The notes under the pieces are model-generated. The model was not told the origin of the DNA, did no database searches, and saw only the letters and a list, made by a program, of their open reading frames with translations. From NCBI RefSeq assembly GCF_009914755.1, contig NC_060934.1: a stretch of DNA of 64,000 nt; one strand, given 5' to 3'. This document shows, piece after piece, positions 1 to 13,079 of the stretch; the stretch's first letter is position 1; each line of letters opens with the position of its first letter. Position numbers and translations under genes: made by a program. The DNA comes from the human T2T-CHM13v2.0 reference genome, Homo sapiens.

Positions 1-55
1 CTTGCCCCTATGCTGGGTACCAAGGGAGTTCTCCTAGCTGTGGCTTCTCTAGGTT

Positions 56-179
56 CTAGGGGTGCAAGCCTCTGTGTGTTTGTTTGTGTGTGTCTGTGTG
101 TGCGTATCCACACTAGGGGTGCAAGCCTCTGTGTGTGTGTGTGTGTGTCCGTGTGTGTGTGTGTGTGTGTGTCCACACT
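56..179 (+). repeat. Two-copy tandem duplication of CTAGGGGTGCAAGCCTC-(TG)n-CCACA
   Basis: Unit 1 is 56-112 and unit 2 is 113-177. They share head and tail and differ in the TG tract. Confidence 0.9.
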
Positions 180-1394
180 GGCCAGCCTCCCTACTTACCA
201 AGGTTCTCCACTGCTTACCTTTTCCAGTGGGACAGTACAGTGTGAGCCCCCGGGAAGTACTGCCTGACCTATCCTAAGCTTTTACACTTGGATTTTAGCC
301 ATCATATGTTGGCCAGGTCTCACTGCAGCCTGCCCGAGGCTAACTGGCTAGAGCCTCCAGGCCCTATGATGCTCCCTGCCCAGGCCATATCCTTTATTCC
401 TGCTGAGCTTCCTGGCTGAATAGATGAAATGGGGTCAAGCCCAGGCAGCTCATTCACTACCTGTGATCCACCTCAGGGCACGGGCAAACACATAGGCTTG
501 CGTCTTAAAGCCAGCTCCTCTGCCAGACCCCCTTGTAATGTGCCACAACACCCTCAATAGTCAGGGCAACTGGTGGAGCATGGAAGTCGAATTTCCTTTT
601 CTGTTAGGAGCTACTCCTGGGAACCCCTCTCAGGGCTGCAGCTTACAGGTGGGCAGCTGTGATTGCACAACTTGAAGGGCCATCATTCACATCTATTCAG
701 TGGGAGTGGGGTCCCTGGGATTGGGCAGTGTGGTGGCCCTGTGTCTCCTCACCTCTGCTCCTGTCTTCATCACCTTCTCTCTGGAAGGGAAGAGGAGTTG
801 GAAGGTCTCTGGTTTTCTTTTCTTTTTTTTTTTTTTTGCCAAAGGTTTACTTCCAGCATCTGAGCTCTGGCTCTCACCCCTGAAGCTCAGTTATAGTGCA
901 CTGATGAACTGAGAGGATGCGTGTGGATGTGTGTGCATGCCTGAGTGCGTTTTTTGGGGAGGGGTGTTTATTTTTAGTACCCCATTCTGGGGTTCTCTGA
1001 TGCAGTGTGGATGTGAAGATATGGTACCTTCTCAAGTGTAGCTCTTTCAAATATAGTCAATGCTGGGAAATGTGATTGCAGTGATCTCTATCTCTCCACT
1101 TCTTTTGGGAAAGAGGAGCACAGGAGCGGAGGAAAAACTTGGCCACAGTCACACTTGGAAAGATAGTAGATTATTTTCGTTCTCCTCAGCAGGTCTGCTG
1201 TATTCCTCGCTCAGCGCTCAAAGATGTGGGTGATGTGTCAAGGAGGCATGCACTCAGCTGGTCCTTGCTGAGTTATTTGCTGACACAGGTCTCACTAAGG
1301 TGGCTGAGGGGTGGGAGGGAGAAGGCTAATCTTGGAACCTTCACAGGATTGGCCTTGATCCTTGGGTAACACAAGAGTGATTCCTGATTTTTAG

Positions 1395-1510
1395 ACACCT
1401 AATATGTGCCTAGTGCTTTTCTCTTTGTTCCTCACTATCCTGCAAGGTAGGTATTCTCACTTACAGATGAATAAATGGGCTCAGAGAGATTAGGTGATTA
1501 GTGACAATCA
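1395..1510 (-). mobile_element. MIR SINE fragment
   Basis: TTACAGATGAATAAATGGGCTCAGAGAGATTAGGTGA resembles the reverse complement of the MIR core. Confidence 0.7.
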
Positions 1511-4500
1511 GTTGTAACTTAGCACTGTTAGGCTGCAAACCCCTTGCTCCTTCCTTTCCACCAAACTATGTTGATTTTCCTTCCTTACCTCCCTCCTTGT
1601 ACCACAGGTTCTGTCCTCAAGATATCACCCCACTGGGCAGTATCTGAAGGCAGACCCAGCCCAAGATGGTGCAGAATATACAGCTCAGGGTGAAAGTTCT
1701 TCTGGGCTCCTGCTAACAAAGTCTTGGAAAAACTGCCTGGGAAGCCATATTATGAATTAGTGCTAGAAGAAGCTGTGGGGGGAACTGAGTTCTGTGTCTA
1801 ATTGCATTACTTATGTGTCCTTGAATAGGACCCATAACTCCTCCCGGCATGCTTTTGCATCTATAGAACTGAAGCTGTAGTTCTAGATGGCACTAAGGGT
1901 CTTGGTTCATATTCAGCTGCTGCTTCCCCCCAAGGAAAAGATGAGGTTTTTCCCCTTCGATTACCTTTTGAGGGATGTTTAGGCTCAAATTCTGCTTGCC
2001 ACAGAGGAAACATTTCTGCTGTAGTTGTTTACCTCCATCCTAGCTGGCAGTGTGGGACACACACATACAGCAAGTGAAGGTGGGGGTTTGGGCCTGTATA
2101 GAGGTCAGCTACGCTGCAGGCTCATCTATTCACACCAGCAGGTACAGAGAAAACTAGTGTTTTGTAAAGTCAAATATTTGTTGGGGGTTGGAGTTCTGGG
2201 GTTGGAGGAGGGGCTGTTCTGGGCATCAGTTGAGCAGATGCCCAGGATGCCTGGGGGAGACCAGCTTCCCCTACAAATCAGAGCTCTAAATTACAAGGTT
2301 TTTACCAACGTGAACAGTTGGGGGAAGTCGTCTGCTCTCATTTGCGTAATGGTTTCTGTCACTGGTGATTAGACACAGGATGAAGGAAAAGAAATTTGAC
2401 AATTAGGAATGAGCGATCATTAATCTGAATCTGTTAGGAGACAGAGAGGGGAAGGATCCTTATCAGTGGGCCAGCCCAGTATGGGGAGACACTCCCTCCC
2501 TCTGCCCCCAGAGACTCCTGGGCTACATCCTCTTTCAGTATTGCCACAAGTGGGCAGAGCTTGTATTTCTTAACAAAGATTAGGGACCCAGTTGCCAGCC
2601 TGAGATGGATATAGGAACAGACATCTTTGGGCATGAGCCAACAAAGATAGAAATAGATGAGTGTCAGGTACAAGCTATAAGGCAAAGAATAACAGTGGAA
2701 AAGTTTTGACATGTGTTTGCCATTTGTGGAAAATGTTTTTGTAATAGTCAACACCCCTCATAGCCCACCTGTGACAAGTACTTGTTACATTCCAGCACTG
2801 TAGGGCGTGAGGAAAATCTGGTCCTTATCAAATCCCAGGAGCTTCTGCTTAGTTGGGGAAGAAATTACATGAAGCAACCAGAGGTTATAAGGCCACACTT
2901 GTATATCGTGCACCCTGTGTGGACAAGATTAGGGACTGTTGAGAGAGGAGGAAACCAGTAGAGAGCAAAGCTCTACCCAGGCTCCTTGTAAGCCTCTGGG
3001 CTCCCCCGAGAGGGCCTCGCTACTCTACGCTTCCTAGCAACGTTGATGTCCCCACAACCCCACATCAGTGCAGCTGTGGCTGTGTGGAGGGGCTCTGAGG
3101 CCTCTGAGGCCAGATGTGTAAACAGTGCTGAGGTTCAGTAATAGGATGAGTCTTCAGGTGTGGAGCAGCCCACCTTGGCTCTTCCCATGTCTCTGTGTTA
3201 CTTCTCATATTCTGCTGTCCTTTCAAACTTCAAGGACAGTATTAATTTATACTAGTATTTCTTCCTCAGTTTTGTGACTTGAATGCAGTGAGTGCCTTAG
3301 AGGATCCAAGGATGAAGGAATGCGGGTTGGTGGTTCTCTCTTTCAGAATGGGAACTTCCCAAAAATGGGGCTGCGTCTCGCCTCTCAGTAGGTTCCCTAC
3401 CTCTGGGTCTTCCACCCTTCAAAATCTGGTACAGAATTTAGCAGGGGCTGCAGGGAATGACCCTCAGGGACCAGTTTCACCCAGATGGGGTAGATGATGA
3501 GGTATACCTAGAAGTAGCTCAGGGCTCCAGAGTCTGGCCTTTCAGCTGGTGTCTTACTCCCCTTTGAGACCTTCAGCTGCTTGTCTTCCACTGCCTGCAT
3601 ACTTCTCTGATGTCTTCTCAAACTGTTGGCTCTAAAGGGATGTTCCAGCCTCCCTCTCCAGAGCTGCCTGCAGTTTCCCTTATTCAGCTGTCTCCTGCCT
3701 AGTCTCTCCAGCGGCCTCCTTACCAAGACCCTTTTTCCTAAACAGTTGTCCTTCCCTCAGAAACTCCATGGCTGCAAGTGTGAATAGACTTGTCTTTAGG
3801 ATCCCTCTCTCTGGTCATCCCTGATCATCTTAGGGCCGTCTCCCTTTTCTGATTTTTGACAGCTCTGTTTATTTTGTCCATGGCTAGTCCTCTTGTTTTG
3901 TGTCTGCTGTGTGTTCTTGCCCTTCCATTGTCAGTTCTGTACATCCTGGTTCAGCTTGTCTCACTGTGGTAGCCCCTTCTGCTTGTCTTCAGCCATCTTG
4001 GTTTAATCCTCATAGGTCATGGATGAATGGAGCCTTGCTGAGCACTTTGAGGGCATTTCTGTTGGGCACAACCTCAGAAACGGGAAGTCTTGAGGCCTGG
4101 GGGCGTGTGGTCAGTGAGGCCTCCAGAGGTGGGTTAGGGGTGGGCACCTACAAGGGCCAGTTGAGGGGAGAGGTGCAGGGATTGCTGAGGAGACTTTGTG
4201 AGAATGATGTCAGGCCCGGGAAGCTGGTGTGGAAGAACTGAGCTGTCAGAAGGAGATACCAATATCCCCTTTGCAGGGTGGTGATGGGCATCAAACATGA
4301 CGTGGAACATGTCCCCTTCATGGAGGGTTTCCATCTAAATGCATCTGTGTGCCTTAGGGATCAGTAGTTCAGGGGTGGTGGACTTTTTTGAGTGTCTCCT
4401 AATTTCTCTGAGGTGTCTTTGGCTCTGTGTCACCAAATGTGCCTGACCTCTGCATCCCAGTGGTTGCTGAAAGGGAAACAGTATATTGCGTAGTCAGATG

Positions 4501-4724
4501 TCAGGAGTAGAGATCTTAATGAGAAAGGCCCTGGCAGCTGGAGAGATGAGAGGACCTAGTGGTCAGCTTATACCCAGACTATCTCTCCACTCCTCCAAGA
4601 GTTTGAGTCCCATAGCTGATGAAAGAATTTACATATGGGCTCCCCCCTGCTTTCCCACTGAAAATCTATTCTCATATTTTGGGAAGGAGCATATGTCCTT
4701 TAACTTTCAATGGTAAACAATCTA

Positions 4725-4975
4725 GGATAGTGTTTAAAGGCATGGATTTTGGAGTCACATATAGTTGGTTTGAATTTCTAGCTTCACTACTTACCAGCTG
4801 GGTTTGACCTTGGTTGATTTACTTAACCTCTCTGAGCCTCAGTTTCCTCAACTATAATAACATGGGTGGAGGGAGGCATGTTGAAAATATCTACCTCAGG
4901 GTTGTTGGAATAACTGAAGCAATGTTTGTAAAGCTTTAGCACAGTGCCTGGCAAGCACTTAATAAATGGCTGTGG
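4725..4975 (+). mobile_element. MIR SINE, near full length
   Basis: TTACTTAACCTCTCTGAGCCTCAGTTTCCTCA core and ACAGTGCCTGGCA...AATAAATG 3' end. Confidence 0.9.
4961..4966 (+). terminator. HIF1AN: Proximal poly(A) signal AATAAA
   Basis: Canonical hexamer followed by a GU/U-rich downstream tract (GTGGTGGTGGTTATATTTATT). Confidence 0.7.
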
Positions 4976-5423
4976 TGGTGGTGGTTATATTTATTATGTG
5001 ATTTATTCAGAAACTTGGTTTCAGTGATCTCTAAACAGATTTCCAGTGGTTCTTTCTCTCTCAAGAAAAGCATAGGGAAAAACGAGAAACACCTTAGATA
5101 AACCATATTGAGTTGAGGGTAGACAGAAGAGTCTAGTACCTAAACTCACCCTAGAGGAAGAGAAACAGGAAGTGTCTTATGCCTCTTCTGCCTGGGCAGC
5201 CAGACTTTACTGCTGTACTACCAGCCCAGGGCCTTGGGTGAGAAGGTTTCAGGTCTGAGCTCCCCTTGCACTGTGTGAGAGGCCGTGGAGCCGAATGAGT
5301 CCTTATTACACCTGGAGAAGCTGTTGTCTCCTCACACCATGAAATGTAATAGCAGTCAAATCAGGCCCCTCTTGATTCAATTTTAGTCCATGCCTTTCCA
5401 TGTATTTAAATTATATAAGTGTT

Positions 5424-5545
5424 GGCCAGGTGTGGTGGCTCACACCTGTAATCCCAGCACTTCGGGAGGCTGAGGCAGGAGGATCACTTGAGCCCAGGAG
5501 TTCGAACCAACCTTGGGCAGCATAGTGAGACCCCTTCTCTTAATA
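5424..5545 (+). mobile_element. Alu left monomer (FLAM-like)
   Basis: GGCCAGGTGTGGTGGCTCACACCTGTAATCCCAGC...GTGAGACCCC, single arm only. Confidence 0.85.
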
Positions 5546-5606
5546 ATTTTTTTTGAAAATAATTTTTTAAAAATTACAAATATGGACCAGACACCTGGGA
5601 GGATTA

Positions 5607-5890
<284 letters not shown>

Positions 5891-6949
5891 TTATGAGTAT
5901 GTTAAGATTGTTCTAGGGGAGAAGGGCAATCAAAATTCAGAAAAATATGAGTGGGATGTTAATAGCTACCATTTGTTGAACACTTCTGTTCCAGGCACTG
6001 TATTAGTTCGTCCCCGTGTGGTGCTCTCAGATCAGTAGGGGAGACAGGCAGGCAGTTAGAATTATGGTGTATAGAGGAGAAGCATCGCACTATGTCCAGT
6101 TTTTTATGGTAGGCTTCCTGCAGAAAGTGATAAGTCCAAGCTGATATGTGGAAGATGAATAATTAACCAGAGGTTGGGGGATTTCCCCCTTAGCTTCTCT
6201 TTCTTCCAGTCCAGCAGTCCAAAACAAACACTGCTTCCCAATGCCTAAGGGTTTTGTCGTACCTTACTCCAGGGAATGGGTGAGACAGTAGATCCCAAGA
6301 AGAAAACCCTTTGGTTAGTCACAGAAATCTGAAAGTCTTGGTTGCTGGCTCAGATTTGTCCTGGAGTGGACGTAGATTGGACTTGCTTATTTGTAGCCCT
6401 CCACCGTTCTCATTTGTGTTCTGGCCTCTGGAGCCACCCTGCCAGACCCTACTTGGAAGAAATGTTGAATCAAGCTACTCAGACTTCAGCCTGAGATGTA
6501 TTATGGCTGGCTGGAATTCTCAGCCCTTTCCACATCATGATCCCATTAATCTCTTGGGTCTATCCCCACGCCCAGCCACCTCTCCTCCTCACTATAAGCC
6601 AAGTCTCCCTGCAGTTCTCTATAAATACTCAGATCCTCTTGCCTCAGACCCTGGTCCCTAGCCTTGTGGGTGAAGAAGATACCTCTTTAGCTTGTGCCAA
6701 CCCATCCCTCTGGGCTACAGGCCATTCTGTAGTCACCTTGCAGTCACGTCTTTCCTTCTAGATAACTGGCTCTGGGCCTTGGAAACCTTCTCTTTGGCTC
6801 TAGCTAATTTTGCTGTTTTATTCCGTTTACTTAAAACCTATTCACTTGGTCATTGAGGTCAGAACTATCAGGAAAGCTGTGCTCCTTAACCCATCATCTA
6901 AGCTAAGCTTGGGCCAGGTTTTTATTACCTCTTGAATATATATAGTGCA

Positions 6950-7120
6950 ATATAGTGTAGTGGTTGAGAGTGGAGTCTGCATACCTGGATCTGCCATTCT
7001 GCATGACTTTGGGCAAATGACAAACTGCCCGAAACTTGACTTGTTTATATGTATGGGGAAGACATCATTTACATTGTCAGGGTAAGGCTTAGCAGAATGA
7101 CCGGTCCATAGCAAGGGCTC
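6950..7120 (+). mobile_element. MIR fragment
   Basis: TAGTGTAGTGGTTGAGAG...GACTTTGGGCAAATGAC tRNA-derived head and core. Confidence 0.6.
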
Positions 7121-7739
7121 AGTCTTTCTGTGTCTCTCAGTCTTTACCTCTCTTCCCCATCTAGCTTTCTGACTAAGTTCCTGTTTCTAGTCTCAGGGCA
7201 TATCTAGTTGTCAGCTCCTGAGCAGAGCAGAGGTATAAGTGTCAACTCATGCTTGTGTTACCAGTTCCTACCCCTGTCAGTAACCTCTGATGCTTACAAG
7301 GATACTATCACCTATGCCATCAGTGGGGAATGACCTTCCAAAAATATTTTTAACAATACTAAAAATACCTGAAACATACTGGGTGAAAATAAGACATTGG
7401 AGCTGCTGCTCCCCAAGGAGATAAAAGGACAGTTCCTAAAGAGGCATTGAAGGTTTGTATGAGCCAGCAGCACAGTCAGAAGGCAAGAAGGAGACCCTGG
7501 GATGTGCACAAGGATGCAGGAGACGAGATTGTCACAGAGGCTGTCATGCTAGTAAGAGTCAGAGGTTACTGATGGGTAGAGATTGTCAGAGTCTGCCTTG
7601 CTAGTCTAGAGGTAGGACCATGGATTTAAGAACGTTGCCTCCAAGTTTTTGAATTGTGAATTTTTGATCATATTTGAACAAAACCCCACCTACAGTCTGC
7701 ATGGTCATTGTTCTCACAAGGGTTTGTGTGATGCACTGA

Positions 7740-7945
7740 CAAGAACAGAGGCTTTGGAGGTGACTCCTGGGTTTGAATCACCATTTGCCACTAGCTAATT
7801 CTAACCTTAGGTAAGTCAGTGTCTCTGGGTCTCAACCTCTTCCTCTGTGAGGGGTAGGAAATAGCACATAACTTGTAGCATTGTTATAAGGGCTCGTGAT
7901 AATGTTTTTAAAACACCTGGCTCAAGCACTCAGGAAAATGTTTTA
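7740..7945 (+). mobile_element. MIR
   Basis: GGCTTTGGAG...CCTGGGTTTGAATC...GCCACT...CCTTAGGTAAGTCA. Confidence 0.7.
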
Positions 7946-8508
7946 TTATGAAGACCAAGTGTCTCTGAAAAGTGTTTCCTTAGTGTCTGGAGAGACTACA
8001 GCAGCAAGGCTTTTCTGATCCTACTCTGACTCTCAAGATAATGGTGCTTGAAGTGAAATCACAGAAGAGATGACTGGGGCAGGAAAAGCAAGATGGAAAA
8101 GATAAAGTTGTGGAAGGGACTGAAAGTCCATGAAGTGCTGGGCTGGGGACAGAAAGGGTTTAATAGGGCAGGGTCTTGAGGAACAGGAACAGAGACCTTG
8201 GTTCTGGGTTGCCATCTGATTCCCAGAAGAGTAAAGGAAATGGGGCAGGAGGATGTCTGTGGAGGACACAGCGTGGCTGAGTGGAGAGAACACAAGCTTC
8301 TGGCCAGTGAACCTAAGTGAGAATGTCAGTGGACTTTGCACAGGCTGGGTGCCTTTGGGGGTGTTCATCTCGCTATGCTTCGGTCCCCTCATTTAAAAAA
8401 ATTGGTTAATAATATGATGACCTGCCAATGTGTGTGGAAATACTATGTAAACTGAGCACTATATAAATGCTGGTTGTTGAGATATTGGGAGTGGGGGTTT
8501 CGGGAGAT

Positions 8509-8808
8509 TTTGTTTGTTTGTTTTTTTGAGATGGAGTTTTCGCTCTTGTTGCCCAGGCTGGAGTGCAGTGGCGTGATCTTGGCTCACTGCAACCTCCACC
8601 TCCTCCAGGTTCAAGCAATTCTGCCTCAGCCTCCCGAGTAGCTGGGACTCAGGCGTGCGCCACCATGCCTGGCTAATTTTGTATTTTTAGTAGAGATGGG
8701 GTTTCTCCATGTTGGTCAGGCTGGTCTCGAACTCCCGACCTCAGGTGATCTGCCTGCCTTGGCCTCCCAAAGTGCTGGGATTACAGGTGCGAGCTACCAC
8801 ACCTGGCC
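8509..8808 (-). mobile_element. AluSp-like
   Basis: TTTCGCTCTTGTTGCCCAGG and TTTCTCCATGTTGGTCAGG...CCCGACCTCAGG diagnostic positions. Confidence 0.95.
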
Positions 8809-9382
8809 CTGGATTTCTTAATAGGTCCTCTTATGTGGCTATTGAGAATGAATGAGACAACTCAAGTGAAACAGTTAATTCAGAACTTAGTGCCTAGTAA
8901 GTGCTCAATAAATGTTAGTTTCTTTTCCTCCATTTCTTCTTAGGAAGCATCGTTTACCCAGCATAAACAGGAGGACTCAACTGTGCATGTCTTAGTGTGA
9001 ACAAGTAACATCAGATTTCCCTTTTCTGAGGAGAGATCAGTTCTGTAAGAGGGAGCATGAGTGTGAATGGGGAAGAATCATGGAGAAGGGAGCAGGACTC
9101 CACAGTACTGGAGATGGAGTAGGGACCTCTGGGAATCGTTGGCATGGGGGTGTGGTGCAGAAAGGGTGATGCTAAGAGGTGAGAGTCTCAAGAAAGAAGA
9201 TGGGTGTTCTAGAGGGGAAAGCTAAACGATGATAGGCAATGAGGAGCGGAGGACAAGACCCTGAACTAAGGGTGAGGAGGCCAGCATTCTGTCAGGAGAA
9301 CCTTAGGAATTGTGACCAGAAGTCAAAGTTGTTACAGCAATCCTGCATTCAACCAGGTTTCATCTGAAAAACTTAAGAGTTG

Positions 9383-9510
9383 CTAGGCACAGTCGTGCAC
9401 ACTTGTAATCCCAACACTTTGGGAGGCTTGAGTCAGGAGGAAGCTTGAGGCCAGGAGTTTGAGATCAGCCTAGGCAGCATAGTGACACCCCATCTCTTGA
9501 AAAAACAAAC
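9383..9510 (+). mobile_element. Alu left monomer (FLAM-like)
   Basis: Single Alu arm flanked by CTTAAGAG on both sides. Confidence 0.85.
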
Positions 9511-10110
9511 ACTCTTAAGAGCAGTGGTTCACCTAGAAATAAAAAGCAGAAATCATCAAGATGAGAAGACATTTTGTGTTTTGACAGCCAAGGAAATTTG
9601 CCACTGAGACAAGGTATCTGACAGCCTAGATGGGATTCTAGACTTCTGTGAGAAAGTGCAGTTAGGCCCTGAATAGCGTCAAACTCAGGGATGTGAGCTG
9701 ACTGACTGCCTTTTTATGTAATGGAGGCCATGTGATAGGGCTTTATGAGGCCACAAATAGCACTTTCTGGGTCCTTTCACAGTCTAGTCAGTGGCCCAAC
9801 CAACATATCTGGTTGTTCTGCAATCTCAGTCATCTGAGAAGATAACCTCCAAAATACATGCAGTGGCATCAGGTGTTTCCTTGGTAGGTGTGCATCTTTT
9901 AATGATGGAGGACTTAGGATGAAGAACAGGTGTGTTTAAAAACATCAAACCCCCACATCATTACTATTTGCTGTAAGGATCTATGCAGTTTGTATTTTAA
10001 GTCCTTGACATATGGAAGAGCATTTGTGAGAGTAACAGGTTTGCTTTGTAATGCCAACTAAAAAGTGTGTATTTACACTCGAATTTTAAGTTGAAATTTT
10101 GCTAAGTTTC

Positions 10111-10173
10111 TTTTTTTTTTTTTTGAGACGGAGTCTCACTCTGTTGCCCAGGCTGGAGTACAGTGGTACAATC
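10111..10173 (-). mobile_element. 5'-truncated Alu with target-site duplication
   Basis: T-tract plus GAGACGGAGTCTCACTCTGTTGCCCAGGCTGG, with TTGCTAAGT on both sides. Confidence 0.9.
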
Positions 10174-10481
10174 ATTGCTAAGTCTTTCTGTAGTTTTAGA
10201 ACATTTAGAACAACTTAAGATTTCCTGTATTTATAAACTTAATTTATTGGAAATATAAGTACTTGATCAGGTTTTGTCTTGGTCAGATAAATTAAGTACT
10301 TAAGGAAATCAAATACATTAATCATATAAATGCCATTTAAGTGTTTAAAGGAGTTTAGTTAAATGTAAGTTGGATCAAACATTAAACTTTTTTGTTTTAT
10401 AAGCAAAATAATAAGATTTGTTAGCAGAACTTAAAAGCTTAGAAAAGAGAGGATTTTGGATATGTAACTTTGAAGAGGTGA

Positions 10482-10778
<297 letters not shown>

Positions 10779-10936
10779 TGAATATATTTTTTAACCAAAG
10801 TAATTTATGAATATAAATTGTTTCTATATAACCCAAAGTCACTCTCATTGACATTAAGAAACTCAGAGAGTGGGTTCTAAATGTAGTATTACCACACACC
10901 CAAGTCACTTAGCCTCTACAAGTACCACGTAACTAG

Positions 10937-11261
10937 CAGCCGTTAAAAGATGGCCACCGCTAGTCCAGTCGGCCACAGACATGGTTTTGTTTGGCCAATA
11001 CAAGTTTTTGAAAGTTTTAAAAAATTGACAACATTAAAGATCAGAAACTTGCACCTAAAAAGATTTCTCTCTTTGGAAAATCAGATCTGGCAGTAATGAA
11101 ATCGCCTTTCCCATGTGACAGCAGTTGGCTGGAGCTGAAGAGCAACTGCCCCCTTGGCTGTGTTCCTTTCAGTTTGTCAATCTCCACTCTTCACTGTTGT
11201 ACCCTAGATCTCACTCACGTGACTTGTCTGGCCCACATAGATATTTGAGGGTATGGCCCTG
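10937..11261 (+). mobile_element. MER102-like hAT-Charlie DNA transposon
   Basis: TTTTGTTTGGCC, GATCTGGCA, GGCTGGAGCTGA...CTGCCCC and ATTTGAG...CCCTG match the recalled MER102 consensus. Confidence 0.75.
11033..11038 (+). terminator. HIF1AN: Distal poly(A) signal ATTAAA
   Basis: Variant hexamer with a U-rich upstream tract. Its position fits the recalled extended transcript end. Confidence 0.55.
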
Positions 11262-12099
11262 AACTTGAGGCACTCTGGAGTTGCTAACAACTGATGCTGG
11301 GCAGCCTAGAATAAGGGCTCAGGAAAAGTGTAGGCCCTACCTCTCTCTGTTCACATCATTCCCCCCTCCAGCCAGGCTGTCTTCCCAGCTGACCTGGCTC
11401 CAGGACTGATTCCAACCCCTATAGCAACTGTGTAAGAAGTCCCCAGGCTCAGGCTTCTCAGTGTTCACTGCTCTTGTCTGTGACCAGGCACTTTGCCTAG
11501 GCTCTGACCTCATGTCTCAGTCCTTTTGAACATTCTGGTCACCTGCCTAGTTTGACCGCAGCCTGACTTTGGTCTGTGAGGGGTCCTGGGCTCTCTGCTT
11601 TATGCAGCCACCATATCTGATCTTTGTGATGTGGTTGTGAATCTTCTGCTTCTATCTCCACCATCACTATCCACTGCTTGGGCAATATGGTTGCTCAGCT
11701 GAGAGATTGGCAGCCCAGATTGCTAAAGGCTTAGGAGACATGAAAGGTGAGTTTGGAAGTGTTTGGATTTTCAAAAGAAGGACAGAGGCAGAAGCCAACC
11801 ACAGTTTAAGGGGGCAGCTAGTAGAGAGCTTTTTAGGCAAGGGAGGCCACTGCACATTTATAGGCAGAGAAGGTGGCAGGACAGAGAATTTAAGAGAATG
11901 AGGTCTCAGAGGAGGCATAGGATGATGGGATATGAAATAGCAAAGGCACACCCAAGGTGATCCTGAAGCTCAGAAATATTAAGTCATGCAGGAGGGGGCA
12001 CCATTGGAAATATAATCCCCTAAAGTTATGAGTAAACAAATGATGGTGGGGTGTGGAGGGTAGAAAGAAGGCCTAAGCTTGATGTGGGGGCCACAGCCT

Positions 12100-12850
12100 G
12101 GGCAAGAGAAATTTCCAGCAAAGCCTCTGACAAATTTCTGACAAAGCCTCTCATGTTATCTAGTTGTGGCAGAAGCATCTGAACCAAATGGCTAGGAAGC
12201 TTGGTGAACAGTCAGACCCAGTGAGGGTTGATTAATGGATCCATGTCAGCCTAGACTAGAGGGAAGTCTCCAGCAGTATGCCTTAGGGCTCAGTCTGGGC
12301 CTGTGTCCTCTCTGACATTTTTATTGACAACTGACCGAAGCAGCAGGCTCATCAAGTTTGCAGGTGATAGAGCTAGGAGGGGCAGTTAATACTTTGCATG
12401 AAAGAGTCAGGATTCAAAACGATTTCAACAGGCTGGAACACTGGGCTGGAACCAACAAGATTAAACTTAACAGGGATAAATGTAGAGTCCTGCACTTAGG
12501 TTAAAACAAAATCAATGACATAAGTACCGGTTGTAGGGGTTGGCCCAGCTTGACAGCAGTTCATGAAGAAAAGACCTGGGGGGTTTAGTTGACTGCAAGC
12601 TCAATATGAGTCAACTGTGTGATGTGACTGCTAAAATCCTAACACAGCCATGAATTGCATTAACCAAACGGAGCAGCCAGATCAAGGGAGGTGTTACCCC
12701 ACTGCTTTCTGAGATGGTCAGGCCACCTCTGAGCACTGGGTCCAATTCTGAGGTCTTTTCCCCTGCTAAGGTCAGTGACAAATGAGAATATTTTTGATAG
12801 GAAGCCACCATGGCAGTGGGCCTGAATACTGTCCGAGACTTGCCAGTGAT
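12100..12850 (+). mobile_element. L3/CR1 LINE, decayed RT region
   Basis: CAGCAAAGCCTCTGACAAA (SKAFD-like), AAGTTTGCAGGTGAT (FADD-like), CAGGCTGGAACACTGGGC, GATAAATGTAGAGTCCTGCACTTAGG and AAGCTCAATATGAGTCAA are typical CR1/L3 segments. Confidence 0.85.
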
Positions 12851-13079
12851 TCTATGGTGCTGAAATTTCTGGAATGAAGGACAGGAGTCTAGAATCTGAA
12901 CCCAGGCAAAGACTTTTATCTGGAGCATATTTCTAGGATTTAGGGGAAAATTTGGGGTCTGCATTTCCTCACTTCCTATGGCTGCCCAGAGGCATTGGCC
13001 TGTGACTCTCATCCCTGGCCTTCCTGAGGTCAGGGGATTAGCGATTAGTTAGACGGGGTCTAGGGTAGAGGTCAGCCTG

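Noticed and set aside
10-277. ORFs with VCVC repeats
   Set aside because: These are translations of the TG microsatellite in a UTR.
1470-1475. AATAAA in an antisense MIR as an early poly(A) site
   Set aside because: No convincing downstream U/GU element. Cannot be supported without 3'-end data.
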